In this document: positions 46,875-59,900 of the stretch, in pieces
How the letters are laid out: each line of letters opens with the position of its first letter
How positions within the stretch are numbered: the stretch's first letter is position 1
DNA from: Takakia lepidozioides
Taxonomy: Eukaryota > Plantae > Bryophyta
NCBI GenBank assembly: GCA_030704615.1
Contig: CM060733.1
Coordinates: 6,510,001-6,574,000 of the forward strand
Direction: 5' to 3'
DNA: 64,000 bases
Notes under the pieces: model-generated
Told to the model about the DNA's origin: nothing
Seen by the model: the letters and a program-made list of their open reading frames with translations, nothing else
Databases searched by the model: none
Position numbers and translations under genes: made by a program

Positions 46875-49800
46875 TCACAGTTCATCCTTGAATGTAACAT
46901 CGTCCTCAACTTGGGAACCCCCATCATTCTCTGTCACTTCCTCTGTCACTTCCTCTTCTGGTTTGGCATCTCCAACCTTGTTGTCGCCGTTGCTTTGCTG
47001 ATTACTCTCACTGTTGGGAGATCCTGCCTCACTGGGTTTCTCTACCTTGGGTTTGGGTTTGGGTATATGATCCAGCTTGGTAACCTGATCAGCCCGGGCC
47101 AAATATTAGATGCCATCCTACATGTTTGCCAATTCACAAGGCATGCATGAATCTGGCACAGAGAAAAAGAAAAAGGTGAGTCGCACCAACCATACCTGAT
47201 CCATCACTTTTGCAAGCTTTGAAAATACTTGTTCAGATGTAAAAACTGGATCCTCGTGGCCCACCACTCTGCACTCATGCCCACACCATGCCAGCACTCT
47301 GAGCATGCACGCAAGTGCATTGCAAATAATGTGAAAGAAGACCAAAGAGAGAAACATACTTCTGTTGCTGGGATTCCTTCTCATCCAACCATTGTTGTGC
47401 TATCTCCAGCTCTTTGCGCACCTGCACACATTTGGCCACCCCATTCATTCTTCTTTTGTTCCATGCACCAAAACTTCAATTGATTTCAACACCTCAACTG
47501 ATCCTATAGCCATACAATTTTACCAGTCCCTACATGCTCTAATGCACTTGATGGTGGAAAAAGTTCTTAAATGTCCGGTATCTGGTGCCTCTTACAAGCA
47601 AACATCCCCTAAGTTTTATTTTACGCACTTCGTCTCTGCTGTTCTCGCTGAGCCAAGGTTTGTTCACTTTCCATCCTTGCAGCACCTGCCACCGACAATT
47701 AGATATAAAAAGTGCTTCAAATATTTCACCTTCAAGGAATCCACACCATTCTAAGATTTCACTCAAAAGTTATCAAGACTTGACCTGAGACACACCTTGT
47801 TCATGCAGAAACAACAACTGTCTTGAATATGGAATGAAATTGGAAATATGGGACAAGCAAAACAAACATAGATTAGGCACCTGCTTCACATCCTCAAAGT
47901 AAGTGCGAGCATTTTGTACTGCTGCAGGTCGAGCCTTCAGCTCCTCCAATCTGCAGTTCTCCTAAACCAGTATTAGCCTGATACTCAACCATTTCGGAAC
48001 CCTAGCCACGCAAGCAGTTTCCTATTTTTAGGGCATTCTTAGAGCTGTTCTGCTTTGCCGCTTATTACTTTGCTGTGGGTTCAGACTGTAAAGAGAATAT
48101 ATAAGTCACCGATTTCAACTAACATGCCAGTCACCAGTAGAAACTAGCTCAAGCCTGTGTCTTTATTTCAACGAAGGTAATTGGTTGAGGGCCTTTAGTC
48201 TCCCTCCCTTGACTCACTTTCCAAATTGCTGAGAGAAGGCACCTACTGAATAAAGGGTACAGCACATTCCATATCTAGGGGCAGTGATCAGACTAAAACA
48301 TGCGAGTGGCTGGAAGTACCGAGATACACAACGGCAGTTTACAGGCTATGACCTCGGAGCTCAGGCACAAGTGTGTCTGTTACACACCTAAAGAATATAG
48401 ATTCTCCAGTTGACTTGAGAGCCGCAAGGCGATCTTTGAAATGTGCTGCTGTGGCATCTTCTCCATCAGTATACAGCCAATCTTCTGCCTGCCATACATG
48501 CATCATTGTGTCACGTTGCCTACTACTAAACACACCTGTCTTAGACAACACACCATGATCCACTACAGAATTCATCAAATAGGAGGCATATCCACCTGAG
48601 CTAATATATTGTCAATCATAAACTAGTGCTATCACCACCCATGAAGAACTCACCTCACCAAGCTCGACTCGAAATGCATCCCGCTGCTGCTCTGTTGACA
48701 CCTTATCCAGATTCTCCATGGACTCCAACTGCAAGACTCCATGAATTAATAGATTATGAAAAGCACACTGGAGCTTCTCTGACAGGAGGCATCCAAAGTG
48801 CCTGAGAATGACTGCCAAACTTCTAATACCAATATAAGCATGGCACCCCAATCGCCATTCTCTTACCTGAAGTTGAAAGACAAATCTTAGGGGCACGTTG
48901 GAGTTTTCATCCTCAAATGCTCATTACCTGATCCTTAGTAGCATAGATGTATGCTTCCAGGCTATTTTTCGCCTCAGCTGTCTGTTTCTTCTCTGCATCT
49001 TTCAGATTCAGCTTTCCCAAGCGATGAATGGCCTCTGCAATAGCTTTGTCTGATAGAGCCATTGCAGGCCCCTCTGTGACATCTTTAATCTGCACAAAGT
49101 CCCAAACACAACACTCTCAACCTTGTGACCCCCACCTCCACCTACAGCTAATTCATCAGGTGCAAGTGACCAGTATAACTCTGGCCACAGGTCAGCATGG
49201 TAAACACTGAACAAAACAACAATGCAGATGACATCACTAATCCTGAGAAGCCTGTCAACACTAAACTGGCAGAATTGAAAACTGTGCATCTACTTGCCTT
49301 GAGTGGAATCCGGATAGTCCTCTTTCTCAGCTTTTGCTTTACAGGAGGTTTCAGATCGGCCCCGCCTGCTGAGTCACTACCAGTGTCACTGGCCTGATTC
49401 CCAATGTCATTTGCTTCCGTCGTATCAGTACTATCGTTGGTGGACACACTGACAGGAACTGAGGTGATATTGCTGTCCACGACAGGCACATCTACCCACT
49501 CCGAAACTTCCACCACAGTCTCTGCTTTATCCAGATCTATTAACCCACTCCGGCTCAACGAGAAATGAAGGTTGCTTTTGACAGGAGCTGACAAGTTGTG
49601 ATTTGCATATCTGCTCCCACAGTACTCATGAGTCATGATCGGACTGAGGAAGGCAATTATTAGAAACAAACCTACAATAATGCCCCTGGAGGGGAACCAG
49701 ATACATGTAAGAAACGTCATCTGGAAGGTGATAATTCAAAAATTTACTGACCACCCCCAACTAAAGTATGCTCTTGGACTACAACATACTTGATTCTCCC

Positions 49801-52800
49801 TCACCACTGAAATATATGCATCTGTGAGGAGTATGAAGGGTGCCAATACAGAGGTGGAAAGCATGTCTATAAACATGTAGCCTGAGGAAGATTTACAAAG
49901 CGGCAGACAAAGCCATGAGAACGTACTTGGCAGCTGCCTCTGCGACACCAGAGATCTTGAAAGCCGCAATGAGCGAGGATGGAATACCAGGTGGCAATGA
50001 GTCTGCCTCATCATAGTGAAGAGTCACCGTGAAGTCCTGCTTTTGATTCTTCAGGGATCTGAAGAGCTGCACACAATTCCTACTCATTAGACAACAAGTC
50101 CCAGCAGTATTACCAAACATCAGGAGGATACTGCACAACACGTAATGACAACACCAGGGCAGAACCAGTCTTGTCTGCTGCAGCACAGTACATAGAACCA
50201 AACAAGAGTGAGTGGCTCACCTTACTGGGCAGTTTCTTCAAGCGAGGTACCAGCAACCGTTGATCCTCTGGATCCATGGTAGCTCCATCAAATTGAAGGA
50301 TTATGCCATACAGAGCGCCATCCAACATGCCTATCTTACGGTTAAGCTTGATCCCATCACTTAGGTTGGCAGCTTGCAGTGCTGCTCCCAGTGCAACAGC
50401 TTCATCTGCATCCAGATGCCTGGCGAGTGCCGCCTTCCCCACGTAGTCTGATAACACAGCCTACACCCTTACCCTGAAACCGTCAATATGTTCCTAGCTT
50501 GTCACTACACCAGCACAAAATCGGAAATGAAGATGTGAAGGAGCCCTAACAGTTCACAAGAGAGGTGGGCAGAGCATGTGTACTTAAAGCCAGAGGGCCC
50601 TTATGCTCAGTGCAAGCCCATCCTATTGTTGAGCTAAAGGTTTACAGTGTCCACAGTTAATATAACCCTTAATAGTCCTTCATACAACTTCCAGACACAG
50701 GAAAGCTGTCCTGTTAGACCTTAACTAAACAGGTTGTTGCCTCTTCGCAGCAAACAACCACAGGACAAGAGAGTTACAGAACCTGAAGCCTCGGCACACG
50801 GGTGGCACCGCCAATAAGCTCCATGGCATGCAACTGCGATGGCGTCAAGCCCGTGTCAGCCAGCACTTGCTGCAGTGGTGTCAGTGCATGCTGCCATATG
50901 TCGTTACACAACTCCTCAAACTTCTCCCTGCTGATGCTACTCCTGCAATTTCCATTCCATGTGATAGAAGACCCGGTCATGTCTAGCACAAGGCCCTCAT
51001 CAGTGCCTACCTGTGGCTATACATAGATTGGACATAATCGTCAGAGATCTACCACATAGTTGATGCTGCAGCACTATCACAAACAGTCACACCTTACGTC
51101 TATCTGGCCCTACCACAATATGCATAATGCGTTTACACACCTGAACATGACTGTTATATGTGCATGAATACCTAGACATGCAGCCTAATAAGACAAGTTG
51201 TGGAATTCAACCTGAAATCTCTGTCATCATGCAGGGCTTCCACTGACAATGGAGCTTCGGTGTTGGCACTGAGGATATGCTTAGTCCGCTTCACTTGCTT
51301 CTTGAGCTTGGCCATCGCCTTAGGGCAGGTGCGAACATCCACACCAGTCTGCTGTTTAAATTCATCTGCAAAGTGCTCCACCAGCCGTTTCTCCATACTC
51401 TGTCCCCCAAGGCTTGCATCCCATCGCACACCTTTCACCTGTGCCCCAATCAAGTCATACTCTTCATTCACCATATTTCCGTAGTCAGTTCATTTACCTG
51501 CGTACTTCGCACCATTGATGTAAGTCCAGCAGGCACTGCTCTCAGGCTGGCATGCCGTCCTATCAACTGGACGGAAATATTACTGGTCAACCTTCTTCAC
51601 AATCATGCTAACATGAGGAAAGAGAGTAATATTGCAGAAGACCTAAGCAGCATTGACTGACTGTGCCTCTTGATTCCGGCCAATTAGCTTTACTCCCTCA
51701 ATCTCTGATACCTTCAGACATTTGAAATATGGAATGGTTGCTCTGAGGGAATGTGCTAAGAATGTAGTCCTCAAACTATGACTCGTGATTGACAGACTGT
51801 GGACAAGTAAGTCACTCCATGACTGCCTTTCGACTAGAACCAATTGATTAACATAGTGACATGAATTACCCCACACAAATTCTTAAAGCACCACAGCCTG
51901 CTGCACTCTCTCTGGCTACTAGCTCTGGATCCAATGGGACAGTAGCACAACTCTCATTTGGAAATGACCATTGAATTGGCTCTCTGTCTCTCTTTCTTCC
52001 ACGCAGTCCCTCCTCGTCCTATTCATCCCCCAGGTCTGCTTATGATTGATTCCGCTGACCTGAAACTGCTGGTAGGTGACATTCTTGCCTCGGTCCTTTC
52101 CAGGATAGGCTGAGAAATGCACCATAGCAGCATACACACTATTGGCGCCCATGTCGTAGAAAACCACGTCCTTGGACTGATCAGAGAAATCCTTGTCAAC
52201 TCCATACTGCAAAGCTGCACCGGAGTGTTCGTTTATCAGCGACAACACAGTGAGGCCTGCAATTTGGGCAGCATCAAGCACGCCTTGACGCTCTGCCTGT
52301 CCGAAGTACGGGGGTACGCTGATTACTGCGTCCTTAACGACACCCTTGGTATGAGACTCTGCCAGATCGCGCGCATAGGTGAGCAGCATAGCCAGCAGCT
52401 CCTCGGTGCCATACACCTCCGACGCGTCATGTATCCGGATGCTGGCACGGCCGCGGTCATCTGCAACCACCTCATAAGGGAGGTACTGCGAGTCTAGAAG
52501 CCCCCGAACTGCTTCGATCGGTTTTCCTCCCATGTCCCGCACTTGTGCATACACCCTCTCAGGATACCTGGCTGAGATTCCAAGAGCTTCTTCTCCAAGG
52601 AGACGGTCGCCATTGGAAAATGCTACCAATGCTGGAGACTTCCTCTTTGACATTTCATTGATCGCGATCGAAATTGGGCTCTGCCCCGGCTTTAAGTTAA
52701 CGACTGCCACCTTCAACCATTCCGACCCTAGATCTACACTTAGCACTGCGGAGTGTGCGGGACATATGGAACACAGAATGACCAGAACTGCAGCAAGAAT

Positions 52801-52848
52801 TGCAAGCATTGGATTCTCTCTCTTTCTCCCCCATTGCAGGGCCTTCAT
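46875..52848 (-). CDS. HYOU1: ER-lumen Hsp110/GRP170 (HYOU1; Arabidopsis HSP70-17-like), multi-exon, C-terminal KDEL
   Basis: Signal peptide then SVDLGSEWLK, INEMSKRKSP, FYDMGAN, LIGGATRVP, HLDADEAVALGA, AEAKNSLEAYIY and EDWLYTDGED; ends FKDEL-stop. Confidence 0.95.
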
Positions 52849-53584
52849 TTTGTTGCCTCAAATGCTAAGCAACAAATGCATACACTCCCCAGCAGAAAAG
52901 ACAAACCCAGTCAAATTCACTCAGAACCTCAAGACGCGAGGAAGACGATCGATGAAAAGATACAAAAACCCACAATCACGAACACAGAGACAGGCCCCAG
53001 AACCTCAAAGGTGCCAGAAAGTGAAAGCAAAATGGAAATCCAGGGCCTCCTGTGGCATCTAGGACCTAGAACATTAACATCTATGGGATTCTTTGCTTTC
53101 ACAGCATTAGAAGCTCACGTAAGAAGCTATATGCAACTCCACCCATACAAGAACATTGAAATGTCGGCCACTGTGGCATATGAATGGAATCGAATCACTG
53201 TAAACAGTGCCGCCAACGAAACATTCGATGTCATTGCCGTCCTCTGATTGGTCAGGCAAGCTCCTGGACATTACTCATTGGCTGATCGACCTCTGAATTG
53301 AATCATAGTTGCGTCTTGGAAGACGTGTCCCAGAAATGCACAACAAGGCAACCACCTAGTAGCCTAATTCCACGCAATCCAGACGAATTGCAAGTTCGTC
53401 GTGAATCTCAACGGAACCCAATGAGCATTGGAAGGAGGGGGGGAAGATGGGCGGAAGCAGGTCGTGTCTTACTGCTGACAAATCACGAAGCCCTAGCGAC
53501 TGAGCCCTAAAAGAGCTTCGTCCCCAATTGACTCCTAAGTTACTGCAATCACAAGCTGGGTCGAGGGCGAGGGCATGGTGTGCC

Positions 53585-55871
53585 ATGGCATCCTGGGCGG
53601 CTCGGGCATTGCGCAAGAGATTATCCTCAAGCTCTCTCGACTATTTTGTGCATAGAAATCCGGCTCCTCTGGGTCAGGTGTGTAGATTTTATAGTGGCGC
53701 TCCCTACGCAATGACATGGCACATGAACGTAGCACGGAGTCGATGGCGACCGTTTGTGGGAACATCCAGTGTACAGCATGTTTTTCCTTCAATTGTGAGG
53801 TGCCTCTCCCTTACCTCTCTTCCATTTTCGACTATGTCTGCAGAGTCCTCTCTTCTCAGATGAACCTTTCGGAAGCGGGAAGAATCCATGCTAGTCGTTC
53901 TGTCTAAATTTCTCCTCTTTGTCTTCGTCTTGTCGACTTGTCTACAGATCGAAGTTGAAGTGATGAAGGAAAGTAGGGTATTCTTGAGTTCTACCGAGCC
54001 CCAGATTGGCGATGCTTCTCTTGGCATTTCGTTGTGTATGTCCATCCACACATGTTTCATGTGGCGGGAGTCGTTCTAATTGAGCCTTTGGCTTGTGTTT
54101 TGTTTTTATGCAGTGGGGTTGAACTAGGAAGAGGATATGCTACAAATTCTAGAAAGGTCAACATAGGGGACAGGGCAAGACAGTTGCAAGCCCGGCGCTT
54201 GTGGACTCTCGCATTGGGTGGCTCACTGGTGGCTGGCTTCGTAATTGTGGTTCTGAACACCTTCCAGGAGAATCTCATGTTTTACGTCACACCCTCACAG
54301 GTCTGTTGACAGGAAGATTGAGATCAGATACTGTAGAATGTGGCTCTTCAAGAAGAGTATCATGAAGGTTACTTGTCTCCCTCTGACTGTGCAGGTCATG
54401 GAGAAATTCTTTGCTGATCCATCTAAGAACAAGTTTAGGCTCGGAGGTTTGGTTCTTGAAGGCAGGTTAGTCCCTCTTCCCTCCCTTGGTCAATCAATGC
54501 CTCACAATCTTTGGTATGGTGTGATTTTAATCCCTTTGGTGGATGCTGGAGATATTGTCGGTAGAGATTGTGATAGGAACTTGTTTGTTACCAGCTTGTT
54601 GCCAAGGAGGATAAATCAGGAGTGTTGGTGGGCAGTGTGCAGCATTTCAAGAATTCTGCTGAAATGGAGTTTGTGGTTACAGATCTTGTCAATGAGGTAT
54701 GGTTTACATTGCTTGCCTGAGGGTCACTTTTGTATGCGTTCAGATAATGATAGGAAGATCTGTGGTCATCTCTATGAGCAATGAAGAATTAGGGAAGTGC
54801 TTCTCTATGGTAGTCTTTGGTACATGTCTAGTTGTTTACTTTGTCTGGAAACCTTTGAGAGCATTACTGAATAGGACACTGGCACTTGTGGTGTGATGTG
54901 GAGGTGCAACTAGTGAATAACAGTCTGTGAATAATCTCCACCTATCATCCAATTGACGAGCATTGATGACATTTTAGAAGATCAACTTGCCGAAGTCAAG
55001 AGGCATCAATGGGGTTTTGTTTTTCTGTTAGGAAAGTGCTAGCCTTCTTTACTCACATGTAAGTCTCTTCCCTTCGAGACCTATGAAGATCATGAAGTCA
55101 ATTTTCAAACATCTCGGGTATTCTAAAACAGATGTCAATTCCCACAGCAGTCAGAGTGTATGTATTACTTTTTAGTGAATGAGCAAAGCCTCTGCCTTTT
55201 GATTGCAAACTTATGTGCTGTGGATGAAGACCGCAATTTATCAGTAGGTATAGTTAAAAGGCTGAGAGTGTACAATGGCAGATTCTTGTGAGGTATCGAG
55301 GAGCACTGCCAGACTTGTTTCGGGAAGGGCATTCGGTAGTTGCCGAAGGCTTCATACGACCCATGTCGGCCTATCCAAACAATCCAGCCTCAAGTCCCGA
55401 CTTCCGTTCAACCATCACTGAGAAAGCAATGCAGTCTGGTTGCTATTTTATAGCCACTGAAGTTCTCGCTAAGCATGACGAGGTAAGCTATATGAAGAAC
55501 ATGTTAACTCTTTCATGGGATGATAAGAGCTGTGACTCACCTGCAATTGTCTTAGTATTGTCGATGAGCAGTTGAAAGAGAATGCTCCCCATCGTCAGGG
55601 TTTCAGGGAAGGCTTGTGAGGGTGCAATTTATCAGTTTTGAAACATGGATGTCTGGTGCAGAAGTATATGCCAAAGGAGGTGGCAGCAGCAGTTGAGAAG
55701 AACAGAGCCATGTTGGAGGGACAGGCTGCAGTTGCCACCATGGAGGAGGCACCTGCTGCAGTTTCCGCTGTGAAGGAGGTGCCCCCATCATATGCTCCAC
55801 CTCCAGCAGGAACGAAAAAGAAAGGCGTTGCACAAGCACCAGCTGTTGCCCAGACGTACGAGATTAAGTGA
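53585..55871 (+). CDS. CCME: Mitochondrial cytochrome c maturation heme chaperone CcmE
   Basis: TM segment then [47 protein letters not shown] and VLAKHDE|KYMP. Six exons with GT-AG borders. Confidence 0.93.
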
Positions 55872-56943
55872 TATTGTTCGGTTTCCTTAGAACCCATTTT
55901 GGTGAGGATGCACATGCTAGATAGACTGATGGGCGCCAACACCTGCCATTTATATCCAATAATATGCTCCCCTGCACACTCTTATTCGTTTTGAACAGGT
56001 GGATAGGAAGGAGGAACAAGCAAAGCTTATACTAGCGAAGATTTTTGTTAATCCAGGGTGTGCCCAACATCTGACACCATTGCTTTAAAGGTGAATCCTG
56101 CAGCATTGTGTCCTGGAAACAATCCATCTTGCAAAGATGGCTTTAACTGCAATCATGTTGATAGGTGATCTGATGTGAACATTTCCCACAATTACTGCAG
56201 ATGTGGCTTGGTTATTTTACTCTGGAAGCAGTCTCTATTCAGACAGTCCTTGCTGTACATTTACAATCTTTGACTCATAAACACGTCTACTTAACTGCAC
56301 TCCAGAAATTGAGGTGAAACCTTTGCTTGTAAGGCCAGTGGGAAGGTAACTTGCACCCAGTCACCTCCATCCTCTATTTCTCACCCGCTCAGCTCTTTCC
56401 AGGAGAAGATCGCCCTGTTTGTACTTAGACTGCGAAGTCAGCTCAAAATGTGACCACGACTGATGAAAATGTCAATCGGTAACCAGAAATAAGATTAGTT
56501 GACCCTCGGAGGCTGGATCTGGAGGAGGCCTCAGTTCGACCAGGAGTGCATGTGATGCATATTAATATGGGGCAAGCCTAATGAAGGAATCTCCAGAAGC
56601 TAAGCAGTACATGGGCATAGATACTTCAGCGCCCAAGCTGGTGGCCTTAATTTTCTTATGCTACATGTCCTGAGGTTCAGACTTCAGACTGCAGACCATC
56701 GGTGGAGACACTTTAAGCAAACACTATCATAGGCTGCAATGATCATCAATGGAACAAAGCTGGGGTATCCATCATTGTAAGCAATTCAAGCCAACACTAC
56801 ATCATCAATGGTACAGAGAATGAACGATGGTATCAATTGTCAAATAACCAGATCCATTGGCAGACAAAACATAAGATCCTCCCAAGCTTCAAGTTTTATT
56901 GCTGTTCAGACACTGAAGAGAATTCAATGTAAACAGACACTAC

Positions 56944-59900
56944 CTAACATAGGAACTTGGATGCTATTTCTTGCACATGTGCCAGGCTTGCCTTCTCTTT
57001 GAAGGTCAAGGCTGGCCGGGCCCCAATTCCATTGGCCTGTACACGGAGCCCCCTGGCCTGTGCCTGAGCATAACTTGCCTTTCCTGCATTGATGCCCACT
57101 GATTTCTTGCCACTCTTGGTCTTGCTACTACTGGTTCCAGAACTGAGTGTGTTCATTTGGTTCTCAAGAGGACGGAAAGGGACACCAGCTCGGAAGGGAG
57201 TGACAAATAGGGTATGGGTTAAGGGTGGTCGTAAACAAGCAAGGCGGCTGCAACGATTGTTGAGACAGTCAGGCAAAGACACTACCCTCATACTCATCTC
57301 AAGCTCTTGATCCACTGGCGCTCCACCAATCTCCTGCAGTTTTCAGAAGGCTTGCATGTCAAATTCAACGGTAATCTATGCTGAGAATGAAGGATGAACC
57401 AATTCCTGCCCCATTCAACGAATGGAGAAGGCAAAGTTGTGCTGACCAGCTGTTTTTTATTTATACGCGAATTCAGTCATCATGCAATCGCTACATGGAA
57501 CTGGAAAAGGTGATGAACTTACTCCTAGAATTAGGAAAGCGAAGTTACGCCGTGCAATGGGGATGTGTGCCTCCACTTCCTTACGCAAGTCTGCGAGGCT
57601 GGCACTCTTCACTGTGTTGATGATGCAAATGAGCTTTCCTCCTGCTGAATCCTTGGATGCCTCCCATTTCACATAGACGTCACATTTCTCTTTCTGGTAT
57701 TCTTGCTCAGGTACATTTTCATTTGCAAAGCTTCTCGCCAAAAATGATCTTTTAGGCCTACATGGTGATGCCAGCCATTGAGGTGAAACTGATGGCAGTG
57801 GGGAGGGCAATGAGATGTCGGTGAATGCTGTCTCTGAAGGGCAAGGTGAGACAGAAGCCTGGCGGCTGTCATCATACCCTTGTGTTGGGCTCTCCCTGGG
57901 AAAGTGGGATGGCCGAGTCCATGACGAAGGTGATGGTACTGAGACAGGCTGCCTTTTATTATGAGACAAACGCCCCATGAGATGGGGGGAACCAGCCAAC
58001 ATGTCAGAGGTGTTCCGGTCCTCACATGTAGAGTTACCACTGGCCAAATTCTCGGGCTCTCCTTCATCCTCATCTGTTGAATTAGCACTGCCCAAATTCA
58101 CTGGCTCTCCATCATCCTCATATGTAGAGTTAGCACACGTCCAATTCACGGGCTCTCCTGCATCGTATCCTATCTTTGGAGGACTAGGAGGCCTCCGTGC
58201 GGCAATCTCTCGGCGGTCCCCACAAAGCATAAATATAGTTTCAATACGGGCCCTTCGGGCTGCTGCTGAATGGTCTTGCTCAAACGCAGTGGATTCCAGC
58301 TTTGAAAGAGACTCTTCAGCGACCCTCTTATGTCCTCTCCCTACTGGGCTCACATCAATCAAAGCATGTGAGGTGGCAAGATATGGTTCGCTCTTGATCT
58401 CAGCTTTCATAGCATCTGCTGGTAGATCGTGTCTGATGATACCATGTTCAGCCTTCCAGGCATGGAGACCATCATCTTCTTGAGTTCCTCCCAGCAATGG
58501 TTTCACATCAACGTAAGCTGCTGGACTGGCTGAATATGTTTCACTCTTGACCTTAGCATCTTTTTGCACATCAACCTTCAAGGCATTGTGAGCATCATCT
58601 TCTTGAGTCCCTCCCAAGAATCCCCCCACATCTGCTGAGATGGCTGGATATCTTTCCTTTCTGACCTCATCTATCAAAACATCAACTTTTACATCATGTG
58701 TGATGTTAAAATGTTGAACCTCCTCAGCATCTTGGACGCCTCCTGAGCATTCTTCCATTGTTACAAAAGGAACCACGGCAGCCCCCACATAGTGGCAGGA
58801 TTGCTGCACTGTACCTGCAACAATATCGGTAACAGGCTCTTCCTTCACATTGCCCACCGCATCATATCCAATCCAAGCATGTCCCCTCCCACTGAGTTCC
58901 GTCAGGTCAGGAGAAGTTCGGTTATCTTGGCAATTAGTTGATGCTCCATCAGTGGAAGGGTACAACCCTGCCACGTCCAACTCATCTTTTGCCATCGAAA
59001 GAAATGTATCTCTGTGTAGATCTCTTGGGGAAACGGCTTCATGCCAAGAAGCATTTGAATCCGGGTCGCTTGAACCAGTGTCTGTGGAGTGGATTGGACT
59101 AGAACTAGAAGCTTCACTGTCTTCAGAAGTGTCCACTTCAGACACTGAGGCATCATTGTTACAAACCTTCACAGGGTCCTTAGTTTCATTGTACTCTTCT
59201 TCAAAAATGGGTGGTAGCCACCCTTTCCTGTGAAGCCTTTCCTCACTCCATGTCAAAGGCTCCTTCTGATCATCTGAGGTCACAGAACTCCCTCCTCCCC
59301 TGTCAAAGTCTGAAGTGCCCAGAATAGGCCGTGGAGTATCATCCTCTACCTTAGGCTGCACAGTAGAGCAAGGATGCATGAAGTCGAGAGAAGCAACAGA
59401 CTGAAAACCACCATGTGATTGATCATCTGTGCTGCCCTTGATAATGTCTTTCACCAGGTCTTGAACGTGGACGATAACAGAAGCTTCCTCAGTAGTCTCG
59501 TTCTCAGCAGGTAGTGGGTTACAAGCACCACCCACTTCCACCTGCAATTCCCTGGGACCTGCAGACTCTCCCACCCCAAGAGACAATCAGCAGGTCCCCG
59601 TTTTGGCTCAAGCACATGATATACTCACCGACTTCTAATTTGTGCAAACTTCTGCTTGTCCAGAATGTTTCTGTCATTGATCCTGGCGAACCAGGGTCCC
59701 AAGGCATTTCAGAGTCATATAACTCAGCTAGTGTAGGGATAGTAGCTACCTCAGCCAGCCTTCTGAGCCAGCCTTCTGGCTAATGCAAGGTTCAGGAAGC
59801 AGGTGCTACCAATCTAACCACACATCTTTACAATCTCATTTATAGTATCTGAGCATGCATCTGGCGAAGAAGTGAGGCCTAAACACTGCTTACTGTAATC

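Noticed and set aside
53240-53400. ERSE/UPRE element in the divergent GRP170-CcmE promoter
   Set aside because: Two CCAAT boxes (minus strand, ~53247 and ~53277) and an ACGTG core exist, but the spacing does not fit CCAAT-N9/10-CACG.
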